A DNA stretch of 63,705 nucleotides, filler included, from Phoronis australis (taxonomy: Eukaryota; Animalia; Phoronida): assembly GCA_002633005.1 (NCBI GenBank). It is 5 parts of 5 records of this genome, joined end to end, with 100 filler letters (N's around TTAATTAATTAA, not from the genome) between each part and the next. Parts side by side here need not be neighbours in the genome. Positions count along the whole stretch, not along the records: positions 1 to 27,045 come from NMRA01000023.1; positions 27,146 to 53,269 come from NMRA01001338.1; 3 more parts are not named here. One strand, given 5' to 3'. Shown one piece after another: positions 16,152 to 29,055 of this stretch. How positions within the stretch are numbered: position 1 is the first letter of the stretch; each line of letters opens with the position of its first letter. The notes beneath the pieces are model-generated. The model was not told where the DNA came from and searched no databases. It saw nothing but the letters and a program-made list of their open reading frames with translations. The translations under genes were made by a program, and so were the position numbers.

Positions 16152-17365
16152 GTAAACGGCGCGCTTGAACTATGCTCTTCAATTAATTACTATTCATTCC
16201 AACTAACAGTCTGCAAAATATAGGGCATTTGAGCAGCAATGTTGTACACTTAACCTTAAATTGATAGTGTCTTCAAAGGGTGCTGCATCGATTAATTAAG
16301 GGTGAAACGTTGAACGAAAAAAAGATTACCTAGGCTTTATTTCGGTATCAAATATTTATTAGCGCCAACTTGGCGTTCGATATTGGTTCCTGTGGATTCA
16401 TTTAGGAAATTCTTGCTAAAATTTATCAATCAATTTATTTTACTGTATATTACACTGCAAAATTTGCACTGGGCCTTATTTCAGTTCGTTCCGAAAGCAA
16501 AACCTTCGACAAGGTCTGTATTTGACAATTTATTTGGTCAAAACAAAAAGTCTAGTTTGATGTACCAAAGACGTCATAATATACCAGATACCACAAATAC
16601 TCAGATTTGCTACTCAGACTTAGTGTTCAGTTTATAGTATTGTTCCCAAAACTCTTTTGACCAACCTGGGGCACTCATAACAAAACATATCCCGACGCGT
16701 AAAAGTGAATTTGTACACCCAGGATACTTTCAAACTAGACCGAGCCTATGTTGTACTGTCAGTGAAGCTAAAAAAGAAACTATTTCATGTAATACCTCTG
16801 AGGTATTATGCCGAACCATTACGTGTGACGAGTTATGCGTAAATTGGAAGAAGTGGTCCACGACTCGCTGGGATCGGCAATAAAGCTGTGTGTAAACGAC
16901 CATTCCGATGATCTCTCTTTGTTATTTTTATGATGCGCGTTGTAAGACTGGCGTATTATTTGCGCTTGATACATGTACATCTCTATGATGCTGCTGCTCT
17001 ATTATATGAAAAAATGTACAAAAGTTTTTGTTAGTTGGCTCTTGAAAACACGGGGAGTAATTAAGGAGAGTGTTCGAAATGCTGAGCAGTATTAATCAAT
17101 ACTTATAGACATCGTGGTGATATCGAACAATGTATCCATTAGATAAAAAGGGCAGAACGTCGCAAAGAGAGATAAAGAAAATAAATAGTATACTTGAACG
17201 CTAAGTCGTGATGAATATGTAGATTATGGTCTTAGGAGTTGATATTACAGACACTTGAAATTTATTCTCTTTATCGAGTACGTGGCTATGTCTTATTGAA
17301 CTCCAGAATGAAGTGGTGCCACCGACACGTGAATTTCAAACTTCACTTTTGAGTATTTTCTGACA

Positions 17366-17598
17366 CATGCGCGCACCGAGGGGGGAGGGTCCCCCATTTG
17401 GCGAAGTGGGCAAAACGGTCAGAGGAACAAAAAGTCCGAGAAAACGAGACAAATCTCTACTACAAATAAAAGGCGCGAACGCACCATTCACAGCTGTGAA
17501 TGAGGTACCCCGTTTTTTAGTGCCTCGTTTTTTGTTGGGAAAAAGTCCACATCCTCAAGAATTCAAGCTCCCTATACTTTAGGCTGGGTGCGCGCATG
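17366..17598. mobile_element. MITE with catgcgcgcacc TIRs and 5-bp TSD
   Basis: catgcgcgcacc...ggtgcgcgcatg flanked by tgaca/tgaca; relatives near 12905-13020 and 34015-34271. Confidence 0.8.
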
Positions 17599-17792
17599 TG
17601 ACAGCTTTGGAATTGGCAATTTTTAGATCTTTGTGCGACATTTCATAATATAGCTCCATCCAAGACACGCATTCATTGTTCTTAACAGTAGCACACTTTG
17701 TAGTCAGTCAAGAGTCATTTGTTTATTTCCTACATACTAAACACTGTACACCTTGCATTGTCAAAGTTGTTTTGCCCATTTTCAGCAGTGTA

Positions 17793-17950
17793 CAGGGGCG
17801 AATTCAGGATTTTCAGTTAGGGGGAGGGCAAGGCAGAGTATTAGCCAGGATTTTGCCCGTCAGACATTCGCACCCCCGAACTGCCAAATGGGATCTGGGA
17901 GAGTTTGGGGGGAGTCATGGCCCCCTTGGCCCACTCTAAATCCGCCACTG
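17793..17950. mobile_element. Small hAT-like MITE
   Basis: caggggcgaattcag...ctaaatccgccactg termini; flanks gtgta/gtgaa. Confidence 0.6.
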
Positions 17951-18212
17951 GTGAATTTCCCTACACGGTTTTGTTCTTACAAAAATAAAAATTTTCGGGA
18001 TTAAAATAGTGAACCCATGATGTTACTGCAACGAAATTAGTCTCGATGAATTAGAATCAGGGATGCCAACAGCGAGGTCAATAATACGTGGGAAATTGGA
18101 AAACGGCTGATGGAAGAAATCACAAATTGTTTTTAATAACGACGTGTCAGAATCTAATTCAAAAACTGACTGAAGCCTGTTGCTTTACGAATTTATTTTT
18201 CTTTTTTCACAG

Positions 18213-18666
18213 ACCACTAAGCAGAGTGGAAGAACGTGGAAGAAAGAAGTCTGGACGTCAGTCAGGCCGCCGACGGCGTGGCCAGCTTCAACCTTTGGCC
18301 AACGATGCGTCTGGCACCTTCATAACGCAGTTGGCGGCAACTGAGACGGACACAAGCATCGCCGCCACTGATCTCCGCGACCGCAAAGTCAAATTCGCAA
18401 AAAATCTCCAAACGTCTCGCACAATCTCGCGCATTAGTCGAGCAGACAGCTCAGCCAGCCGACCGCCGTTGTCGTTCGCCAATAATAAACTGTTGGACAA
18501 TCTCCAACGCATAAGGACGGAACCTCCTCAGCAAGAGAAGGGCCATGCGGAAATGCCTACTCTTGCACAACTGAGGATGAAAAAGAACATGAAGTTATTC
18601 GAACAGAAATGTCAAGCATTCGGAATTGTTCCACTTGGTCAGAGTTCCTTGGATGTCGCTCAGTAA
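18213..18666 (+). CDS. Uncharacterised protein, coding exon 2 (terminal); total ~321 aa, basic
   Basis: Strong tttttcttttttcacag acceptor; phase-2 join gives ...MLR-PLSRVEE...; stop taa at 18664-18666. Confidence 0.72.
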
Positions 18667-20230
18667 AGATGGGCACATTCTAGAAATGGGCTAAAAGAAA
18701 ACTGTGCCGTAATATTTTTGATAGAAGCCTGGTCTTGTATTGCTTATGTTTTAGAGCAGCTCACGACTTCCTATTAGTTTTATTAATTTCAAATCTGCAC
18801 CTTTGAGTTCGACTTATCTTACAAACGTAACGGTATATGTTTTCACAAAGCCCATGTCATCTCTTTGTGCTTCCGCAGTCAATACTGGTGCTACAGTGAA
18901 GGGATTACCTTTAATAGGCTTTATGTTACCTGATTAACTGATTTGATGCTAATTCCACGTTATAAGATGGTGATAATTTTGATAGTTTTGTTTGTATTTG
19001 CTAGAAAGTTTGTTTCGGTCTTGAAGTTCACCAGCGCAGCTTTTTAAAACATGGGCACCGAAACACTGACAGGACCGAGCTTGTTACAGCACATTTTTTA
19101 AAAAGCTAAACACGGATGACATGTTTTAGACAGATTTAGAAGTCAGTAGTGCTCCTAAGTAAAACAGTCGCTGTTCTCGTCTGTGCGTACGTATAGCACT
19201 GGCACGTAAGTGTCATGTCACTCCAAGCCCGTTCTCAAAAGTCGGGCTGTCCGAGCCGATCTTCCTGCAACATATGATGAAACGTGCTGTAGGGACAAGC
19301 GGAAACAGCCAGTTAAGCCAAAACATGCCTTCAATACAACACCGTGCCTGAGGTCCAGAGTGTAACAAATGCTTCCAATGTTGATTGGTCCCACTCAATT
19401 TTAACGCGTTGTGTCAAAACATTAGAGAACGAAGTGTGACTGGCTAATCTATGACGTCACATGGGGTCCCCAGCCTACCACACCCTTTCAAAAAGAAACG
19501 CTAGACACTGTCTTGAAAACGTTATGTCGGTGACGGTGGCAATTCTGGTCAGTGCCCCTCCCCATGTCGATGTAGCATTTAATACATAATTCCTTACTCA
19601 AAGCAAAACCACATCACCCCATTTTATAACATACGATCCAAGAAATGTTGATCCTAAAAGATTTGAATTTAGAATTATGCTACGAAACAGAATAGCGTTA
19701 AATTCCAACATGTCAGTATACTGTATACAGAAACACATGCTAACACAAGAAGTTGAGCAAAAGTCATCAGAACAGAAAACTTCGGGGTGTGTCACTCATA
19801 CATTGTAAACGGTGCTAATGACAATTCTTGACTTCTGAGCCTAACGTACAAGCATCTACTCATTTTTAAGCCGTTTCCGTAGACCAGCTGAAACGAGAAC
19901 AGTTCAGTGTCACTGTTCAATCAAGCTTAAAATAGGAACACAAAAATTTTTCGATTTAGAAATACGGAGTGTGTAGTTTGCTATACTACACCGTTTTACT
20001 GGAAAGCCTGGCTTATTCAGTTCATGTTTATCTAAACAGTTTGGATTACTTTTTCAGTTGTTATGCTATTTACAAAATAAACTATGAACAATGACCTTCC
20101 TTATTTTATTGCCCATGCGTTACCTTGAGTAGGATTACAGATTACGTGAGCCACAGCTTCGCCCGCCTGGCGAGCGTACAAATGCAGCCTCAGCGAACTC
20201 AGTGTACGACGTCGGGGCAGTCCGTATTGA

Positions 20231-21030
20231 AACAAGAGGAACGCGGAGCGTTGAAATGCGTGCACGAATGCACCGCAAACGGGGTGCACCTATGGTTGCT
20301 TACTTGTACCCTAAAATCAGTGGCCACTAGATGGCACAAAAACGTCCAATCCACCAGAGAACGCTATTGCTTCATTACTATAAAACTATTTTACCAAATT
20401 TCATAAAAATTTGTCAAGGATCTCCAGAGAAAAGAAAACCGAAGAAAAGTGAAATTGCCACTAGGGGATACAGTGTTGGATGGATCCGCCTAAAAGTTGT
20501 CGTCGTCGTCTGTTTAATTAATTGTTAGCTTCATATAAATACCGCACTAACTAAAATTTATAAAGATCCTGCAATGGGCTTAGGAGATCCAGCTATGGGT
20601 GGAAAACAAAAAAAACTACCACTAGGAAGCGTCACAGCAGTCGAAGTCGTCATTGTCAACCGTCCTCTTCACACTGAGAACATATGCGCCCGAATTTCCA
20701 AAACTCACCCGTAGAATCGTTTGGTTGACAGAGGGTGGACTCAAAAACAGCAAAAATGGCCACTAAGTGGCGCAAAATACATCGATTCCATCCGTAACCG
20801 GAGGATAGTGTCATTTCACTAAGAGATTCCTATATTCTAAATTTTATGAAAATCCGTCAATGGCCTTTGAAAATACAGACTTCAATGTGAAAAACTAAAA
20901 TTGCCGCTTGGGGGCACACCAGTAGTCAGATCCTTCCGAAACTGAGCCGTGGTCACCGGTCCGTTATCAACATCATATAAATACACTTGCTAAATTTAGT
21001 AAAGATCTTGCAAACGGTTTAGGAGATACT
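20231..21030 (-). mobile_element. DINE-1/HINE-like element, 3' part
   Basis: Reverse complement of the 3' terminus (caacgctccgcgtt hairpin plus ctcttgtt) and of the internal ccactag repeats. Confidence 0.7.
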
Positions 21031-22273
21031 GTTGTACTTCAACTTAGAATCATGAGTGAACTTGGAATACATTTCTATTCCAAGTTCACGCAAGCACTTG
21101 CTACATCTAGTGTGAAACTGTTAACTAAATTTTCGAATGGTGGACATGAATTCGTTTGTCTTGAGTTATTGTTTCTGTTTTAATTATTTTTATTGCCCAT
21201 TATGTAAGTTATTCTGGTCTTGGTAATGGTTTCCAAAAGTGGTTTGACTGGGATGGTTGGCCGGTTTGTGACCGAGGGGCTGAAATGACTGGCAACCTGG
21301 GACCTTTGCAATGAAAAGGATTAAGATCATTAAGAGCTAGGATACAATGAATGTACAGTACCGAGAGGGGTTTTGCATTGAACAATTTGTCATGCCCCGT
21401 TGTACCTGCTACCTCACCCTCGTGTATACGCCAGTGCTTGGAGCTCGCAATTGGTGGAAGTGTTTTCATTTATATCTCACTTAGTACATCGCCAATCGTT
21501 ACCAGCATGGCCTAAGCAGGGATCTGTAATTCTTTCTTATTTGATTAAGGAAGAAGTTCAGGTAACGCTTGTTGAGTAAAAGTGTTATTTTTGGCAAATA
21601 AAGTGGAAATACTCATTTCATTTTTAAACGTGCAATTTAATGAATATTAGTTTTTCATTGGTATGCTGTGTGATGTCATCAGATCTAAATATTGACGACA
21701 ATCAGACAAAAGTTACAGAACACAACTCTCTGAAGTTCTGTTGACAGGTTTTGAATGTTCTCATAGAGATGATTAGACTTTTCTGGCCTACGATATTTTT
21801 GCCTTTCTCTGCTCAGTACAGACCCACATAACAATGCGCCAATGTATGTAAAGACAGACAAAAGTGGCCCAGTGAAATAATACTGTTCATACCACTTGCT
21901 TTGGCACAATAGCTTACAAACCACTGCCCAGCATTCGCTGTTTGAAAAGCAACCATGTTAGACTGAGTAAGGTAACATATACATATGCGTCTTTTGCAGG
22001 TTGTCGACATCTCTAAATACAGTTGATAACATTTAACAACTGGACTGAAACATGGTGGCATACAGTAATGTTTGATACAAATATTTCCATTGAGTGAGGA
22101 GCATGCAGAGGTAATGACATATCTAAGTTGTATTAATATTGGTTTTTCGTTATGCAAGATAGGTGATTTTCAGTTTTTATGCAGTTGTCATCGTCCTTAA
22201 AGGTTGTCTTCTATCAGGAACGTGTCTATTCCACCAACGCTTTCATTTATAAGTTGTATTTAGTTCTCTATAG

Positions 22274-22590
22274 CATAGGCGGGGGCCCGCCCTCTCCCCC
22301 TTGGCTGCCGCCAGCAAAATGAAACAGAAACAGTGTGAAGCGCGAAGAAAAAGATAGTTCACTAACTAGGACTGATAGCGGATGGGGGGCTCAGATCCCA
22401 CATTGCGGTGGAATCGTGTTCACGTTTTTTTTTAGTCCACTGATAAATTTTCTGAACAGAAGGTTCGCATCCTCAGCTCCCACAACTTTCGGGCCCCCCT
22501 GTGCATATACAATCACCGACGGCGCTTTGCCCAATTTCCTGAGGCAACATGTTGGGCCGCCCCCCTTATGGTATCCTAGATCCGCCACTG
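22274..22590. mobile_element. hAT-like MITE with 5-bp TSD
   Basis: cataggcgg...agatccgccactg flanked by tatag/tatag. Confidence 0.6.
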
Positions 22591-24098
22591 TATAGTACAT
22601 AAAATACTTGAATACGATGAGTGATCTTGTTTGAATCTGCTGACAAATAAATTGTCATTGTCAAAATGTGGAAACAGAGAATAATAGATTTTCCAATTAC
22701 TTGACTTTCTTATAGATCCAAGATTCAACTACTGACAATAAATCTGGATCCTTGTTCACTTTTCAAAACTCGTTGTATATGTATTTGTCACAGGTATTAT
22801 GCACGTCAACATGAAAACAATTTTGTCTGTAATGCGTACTTTTGATTGATTATCCTGTTTGCATAAAAGGAATTTAAACTATTCTATTTATTTTAAACAG
22901 GTTCCAATAAGCTTCCTGTCTTCCAGAAAGTCACGGATAAGAGAAACAGCCCCCCCCCCCTCAACTGACGCAGCACGTTCAAGCTACTAAATCAGGGACA
23001 CACAACCGGTCTCATTGACAGCACATGTTAGTGAACATCTTTATCGCTTTCACAGATTCGGTGATAACCATTCTCGCTACTGTGCCCTGTCTGTAGGTCA
23101 ACAGATTAGCCAAAGTTGGAGGACTCCATTTCATTGCTGTTACAGCATTTGAAGCTGCTTGCCAATGAATCACCTTAAATGCAGCATATGTCCCTCTCAG
23201 GTCTATGTAACCTAATCTGCCTGTTAGATCAGTCTATATTCCATTTATTAAATGGCTACTGATGCTTCTTTAATGCTAAGTTTGATGTACTGACATTGTC
23301 AGACAATGTCATTGTCTGCTTACTTTGTTGTCAGGGTTTATGATTTTTATGGTATCTGATTGGTCACTTTGCTAGTTGCGTGACATCCTGGTGGCGTAAA
23401 TGAAAAGTGTTATTCCACAGGGTGGTGGGTCAAAATTATCAAACTGTGTTCCAGAAAATCAGAGGACAGAAGTATCAGTTGTCATGTATTGAAACAACAT
23501 GAGTAACCCAAGGACATAAGGTCATGTGGCACCTTACTGACAAATATCTACAAACTTTGGAATTTAACTTTCTAAAACACTACTTTAATTCATGAAAGTA
23601 GAGAGTCTGTATATAACGACTTTATATATCAACCTGCCATTAATTGGGTCCCTTGACCATATTTTTAAGAAGATTCCGGAAAATGGGAATACATTCATAA
23701 CAAAATAGTGGAGTCTATAACATGACCAATATTCTTTTTAAATAAATTTCAAGATGGAATCTGAAAAATGCCGATTCTGTTTTTAGTAACCCTTTTCGTT
23801 TTAATTAATGTTTGAGTTTTTCATGAAATTACTGGAAGTCCCTGTTTTAGCTAGCCCTCCCATGCCAAAGACAATCTCTAAAAGCCTGATGGGGAAAAGT
23901 GCATAAAGTACAAGATCTGAAAGTTTTTATTGGAATCCTATCAGCCATTTTCAAGATATGTTTTCCGCTTTACCAAGTTTAGACATTTGTCTAGGATCTC
24001 CCATAACCTTAACCTGATGCTTGAACATTTTTCTTTTACTGCGCTGTGAATGATGTCGTATAACTGTCTTCACATACACCAAATGTTGATCACATCAG

Positions 24099-24499
24099 GG
24101 CCCGGTCTCTAATCTTTGTACTCGAAACGAACTCGAAACTATTTTTGGCAATTTCTCTGCTCCTTTTGTGCGAACTTAAGATAATTGGTTATCAGACTGT
24201 GCTCGAATACATTATAGTTAATGCATAGGAGTTTCTAATTCAGGTTTGCCCTTGAAGACCTTTATATTCGTGCTACAAACTAGAGTAAAAACTCGAAATT
24301 TCGAGTTCAAACTCGAACTTATTGCTTTAATATTGGGTTTACAAACTGTGAACTAAGGGCAATAAATTATCTACGTAAGTTATTGTGTACTCGAGCATAG
24401 AACAATAAACACTTATCTTGAGCTCGCCCAAAAGTAGAGTAGAAAATGCCAAACCTAATTTCGAGTTCCATTTCGAGTAAAAACATTGGAGACCGGGCC
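24099..24499. mobile_element. Harbinger-like MITE (CWG TSD)
   Basis: TIR ggcccggtctctaat / attggagaccgggcc; TSD cag/cag; a related left end lies at ~56653. Confidence 0.75.
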
Positions 24500-25376
24500 C
24501 AGGTGTTGGCTAACGGGTTAGCAGAAAGTCCTGGGTTCAAACCTTGATGGGGACAGAGAGCATTTTAGATGTAACTATCTGTCATCTGATGCCAACAAAT
24601 TTGACAGACTTCAAGAGAAGTCTCCAAGACTGCCAAATTTGTATAAACTTCTTACCAGAATAATTTGTCACTTTACGTTGTCGAACTTTTGTCAGACTTG
24701 AATTTCGACATGGTGTCTAGTCCTTCAGTTTTTGTTTGTGACAGGTCTTGCGCAATAAGTTGTTTTTGTTGAGATTTAGCTAGAATTGGATTGCATTCTA
24801 TTGGAAAAGAAACAAATATTTTATTAGCCTTGTCAAATTACGACATTGTGTTTTTTAGTTTGAAAAAAAACTGTATGCCAGCCTTTGTACCTTTACAGAT
24901 TATGTTTTATGTTGTATTAAATTTGGTGGTATATTGGAAAAAATAAAAATTTAGACCTGTCCATGCAGGTATTGTTAAAGCAAAGTCACATTCTTATTTT
25001 TAAATATCTTTAAAAACTATCCACCATTTTCGTTGTAACATACTGTACATGATCTTCAGTGAGCGACTACGGTCTACCGGCACTAACTTGGAGAACAGGT
25101 TTTCCGTGACCCCCTGAGCTTTCAAAAAAGAATGGTCTCAACTCGAGGATTTCACTTTTGTTTATGAAAGTGTCTCATTGAAGGTATTAAAATGTTAAAA
25201 CAATTGAAAATGTGAAACCCCATACTGTTTCACGTACTGGTTAAATTTGAAATAAGTTATGTAGAAGACGATTGCTGATGTGTTAGAGTTGTCTCAAGAA
25301 CGAGGAATTGCGTTTGCAGTTTATTGTAATCTGCGAGCCTGAGAGAAAGCTTGATTCACCACTTAGTTGTTTAGTG

Positions 25377-27045
25377 AGGTAGCACTTAGGCGGGCCCCAG
25401 CCAGGCCGCCGAAGGCGGCGCAGGCAGGTTCCAGCGTAGCACTTAGGCGGGCCTCAGCCCAGCCGCCGAAGGCGGCGCAGGCAGGCTCCAGCGTAGCACT
25501 TAAGCGGGCGTCAGCCCAGCCGCCGAAGGCGGCGCAGGCAGGCTCCAGCGTAGCACTTAGGCGGGCCTCAGCCCAGCCGCCGAAGGCGGCGCAGGCAGGC
25601 TCCAGCGTGGCACTTAGGCGGGATTCAGCCCAGGTAGGCTCCAGCGTAGCACTTAGGCGGGCCTCAGCCCAGCCGCCGAATGCGGCGCAGGCAGGCTTCG
25701 GCGTAGCACTTAGGCGGGCGTCAGCCCAGCCGCCGAAAGCGGCGCAAGCAGGCTCCGGCGTTAGGCGGGACCCAGCCCAGCCAGCTGCCGAAGGCGTCGC
25801 AGGCAAGCTCCGACGTAGCACTTAGGCAGGCTCCAGCCCAGCTGCCGAAGGCGGCGCAGGCAGGCTCCGGCGTTAGGCGGGACCCAGCCCAGCCAGCTGC
25901 CGAAGGCGTCGCAGGCAAGCTCCGACGTAGCACTTAGGCGGGCCCCAGCCAAGCCGCCGGAAGCGGCGCAGGCAGGCTCCGACAGCACTTAGGCGGGCCC
26001 CAGCCCCGGCCAACCCGGTCGAATTGGCGACGCAGGCAGGTTCCGACGTAGCACTAGGCGGGCCGCCCCAGCTAAGCCGCCGAATGCGGCGCAGGCAGGC
26101 ATCGGCGTAGCACTTAGGCGGGCCCCAACCCAGCCGCCGGAGGCGGCGCAGGCAGGCGCCGGCGTAGCACTTAGGCGGGCCTCAGCCCAGCCGCCGAAGG
26201 CGGCGCAGGCAGGCTCCGGCGTGGCACTTAGGCGGGAATCAGCCCAGGCAGACTCCGGCATGGCACTTAGGCGGGCGTCAGCCCAGCCGCCGAAAGCGGC
26301 GCAGGCAGGCTCCAGCGTAGCACTTAGGCGGGCCTCAGCCCAGCCGCCGAAGGCGGCGCAGGCAGGATCCGAAGTGGCACTTAGGCGGGCCTCAGCCCAG
26401 CCGACGAAGGCGGCGCAGGCAGGCTACGGCGTCGCACTTAGGCGGGATTCAGCCCAGGCAGGCTCCGACATGGCACTTAGGCGGGCCTCAGCCCAGCCGC
26501 CAAAGGCGGCGCAGGCAGGCTCCAGCGTAGCACTTAGGCGGGCCTCAGCCCAGCCGCCGAATGCGGCGCAGGCAGGCTTCGGCGTAGCACTGAGGCGGGA
26601 CTCAGCCCAGCTGCCGAAAGCGGCGCAGGCAGGCTCCGGCGTGGCACTTAGGCGGGCCACAGCCCAGCGGCCAAACGCCGCGCAGGCAGGCTCCGGCGTG
26701 GCACTAAGGCGGGCCTCAATCCAGCCGCCGGAGGCGGCGCATGCAGGCTCCGGCGTGGCACTTAGGCGGGCCTCAGCCCAGCTGCCGAAAGCGGCGCAGG
26801 CAGGCTCCGGCGTGTCACTTAGGCGGGATTCAGCCCAGGCAGGCTCCGGCATGGCACTTAGGCAGGCCTCAGCCCAGCCGCCGAAGGCGGCGCAGGCAGG
26901 TTCCAGCGTAGCACTTAGGCGGGCCTCAGCCCAGCCGCCAAAGGCGGCGCAGGCAGGCTCCGGCGTGGCACTTACGCGGGCCACAGCGCAGCCGCCAAAC
27001 GCGGCGCAGGCAGGCGCCGGCGTGGCACTTAGGCGGGCCTCAGCC
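25377..27045. repeat. GC-rich minisatellite, 57-bp unit with 39-bp variant units; runs into the linker
   Basis: gcacttaggcgggcctcagcccagccgccgaaggcggcgcaggcaggctccagcgta repeated about 30 times. Confidence 0.95.
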
Positions 27046-27145
27046 NNNNNNNNNNNNNNNNNNNNNNNNNNNNNNNNNNNNNNNNNNNNTTAATTAATTA
27101 ANNNNNNNNNNNNNNNNNNNNNNNNNNNNNNNNNNNNNNNNNNNN
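27046..27145. other. Artificial contig linker (N44-TTAATTAATTAA-N44)
   Basis: Identical 100-bp structure at four places; the 12-mer places stops in all six frames. Confidence 0.95.
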
Positions 27146-27289
27146 CTCTCAAACTCGTTGCACATTCAGGTTTTTAAACTCAATGCAAGTGAGCCAAACT
27201 CGTCACGGCAAAATGCAAATTCGATGCAGTGACGAGTCAAAACAGGTTGTGCAGGACACTGCAACTATGGTTTTCTTGCTTCATCTTCT

Positions 27290-28450
27290 ATCCAGGTTGA
27301 GTAAAATGCCTGTTATTTTCTGAAAGCTCATGAACACACTTAGCGCGTAAGTCAGGAATTACAATACCTGTAAATAAAGACGACAATGGATTTAAACCGG
27401 CTTGACATGTTTCGGCGCTTATTAAAACACCATCCTCAGAAGAAAAAACAGTGGCCATCTTGCTAGGCCCAACAACAGGAAATGATACACAGACACACTT
27501 ACAGGGGAGTAACAATAGACTAATGATGACAACCTGTGGTGTGCTAGTTGGCTATTGAGACTGGGCTTACACCAATTAATATGAAGAGCCTCACGAATTT
27601 TCAGCTCCTTTGCCTTTTCTGCTTGGTCTATTAAAGCAGTCATTGAAAGAGCACTGCTCATAACAACGATTGGAGCTCTGCAGATGAATATTAGAATGAC
27701 TTGTGAACTTCCGTCAGAATTTAGGGGTTTCAAATGGCGAACAGATTCGTCTATATAACTGGAGCCACATCCAGCACAGATAAATTTGTACACTACCCTG
27801 GACTGTAGACCCGTATGAATTTTGTCCTTTGGATTAAATAAATAGAGAGTTTTAGAGACCTGAATGTTAATACAACTCTTAAATTAAAACCGTAACCATT
27901 CACCAATTTGTTGAGTTTTCGTTGAGCAATCTTGGTGTAAAATCCAACATAGGGTATTTTAGAGTACTTGAAGTTAGTTTTGTCCACAGGACGAATATCA
28001 TAAGGGTGACGTTGCAGTCTTGCTTTCAGTACCCTATTGGCTAGTTCAAACGGATAGCCATTCTTTTGAAAATTTGTTGTAAATTCTTTAACATCAGAAT
28101 CAAATTTAGTGTTGTTAATGCGATATACCCTGTCTATTAGAGTTTTAATGAGACTCGCCTTGTAAACAAAGGATGTGAAGCTATGGAAACAAGTACATAG
28201 TCCTGTGTAGGTCTGTTACCACTGAGGTATCCTCATGTTCAACTAACACATCCAAAAATGCCAATACGTTGTCAACCTCTTATTCTATGCAGAATTTCAA
28301 GTTAGGATGCCTCAAGTTTAAAATTACCAAAAATTGACTATGTCTGTGTATCATTACTTGTTGTTGGGCCTAGCAAGGTAGGCACTGTTTATTATGAAAG
28401 TGGTATTTTAATAAACGCCAAAACATGCCAAGCCCGTTTAAATGCATCGT
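27290..28450 (-). mobile_element. Penelope-like retroelement relic (RT C-terminus, GIY-YIG endonuclease, pLTR copies)
   Basis: Minus-strand YKFICAGCGSSYIDESVRHL...LKIREALHINWCKPSLNSQ (GIY-YIG) with upstream RT/thumb remnants; frameshifted. 27383-27478 is repeated inverted at 28358-28450. Confidence 0.85.
27401..27442 (-). ncRNA. Minimal type I hammerhead ribozyme motif in the Penelope pLTR
   Basis: Minus strand reads cuu-CUGAGGA-u-ggugu uu(uaau)aagcgcc-GAAAC-au-GUC-aag; palindromic stem III (acaugu) as known for PLE hammerheads; stem I only 3 bp. Confidence 0.7.
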
Positions 28451-28729
28451 TAATTTTATTAACATATGCTGCTACTTGCTATTATGGAGAATTACAATAC
28501 CTCTTTGAACAAATGCGTCTGTAAACTGGGGATCAATCAGATCACTGACTGACAGCTGTGATACTTTAAAGTATGGTTCCAACTTGACACAACTACTCAG
28601 CTGTGAGGGTAGACAGTCAATGCCGGGAATCAGAACATCCAACTGTTAAACAAAAGCAATGCCAAACATTGAAATTTGCCTACAACAGCACTGCAAACGG
28701 TGTGGTTCTATGGTGTTTTTAGTATCACA

Positions 28730-29055
28730 AAAATGGCCATTAGATGGAGTAGAATATGTCAAATCTGTAAGAACTTAGAAGAAGGTGCCATCTCTGTAAT
28801 ACACAACTATTTTCTTAATTTCATGAAACTAAGCCAAGGAATTCCTAAGATTTAGAGGTAAACGTAAAAAAACAATTTACACTAGGGGACACAGCTATAG
28901 TCTTGATTGGTTGAAAATTATTCATCATCTGCTGCCATGTCTATAGGAGCCCATCTGCTATATTTCGCAAAATTCCTTCAAAGGGTTAAAAAGATACAGC
29001 TGTAGGCGCAAAAATGCCTCTAAGGAGTGCAAGAATAGTCGAAAACATCTCGAAA
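28730..29055 (-). mobile_element. Decayed DINE-1/HINE-like internal repeat fragment
   Basis: aaaatggccattagatgg, tttcatgaaact and cactaggggacac match the reverse of the 450-bp unit. Confidence 0.5.

Noticed and set aside
25363-27093. Long ORFs on both strands, and CRISPR-like regularity
   Set aside because: Tandem units have no unique spacers, no cas genes are present and the DNA is eukaryotic; the ORFs follow from stop-free repeat units and are broken by frameshifts.
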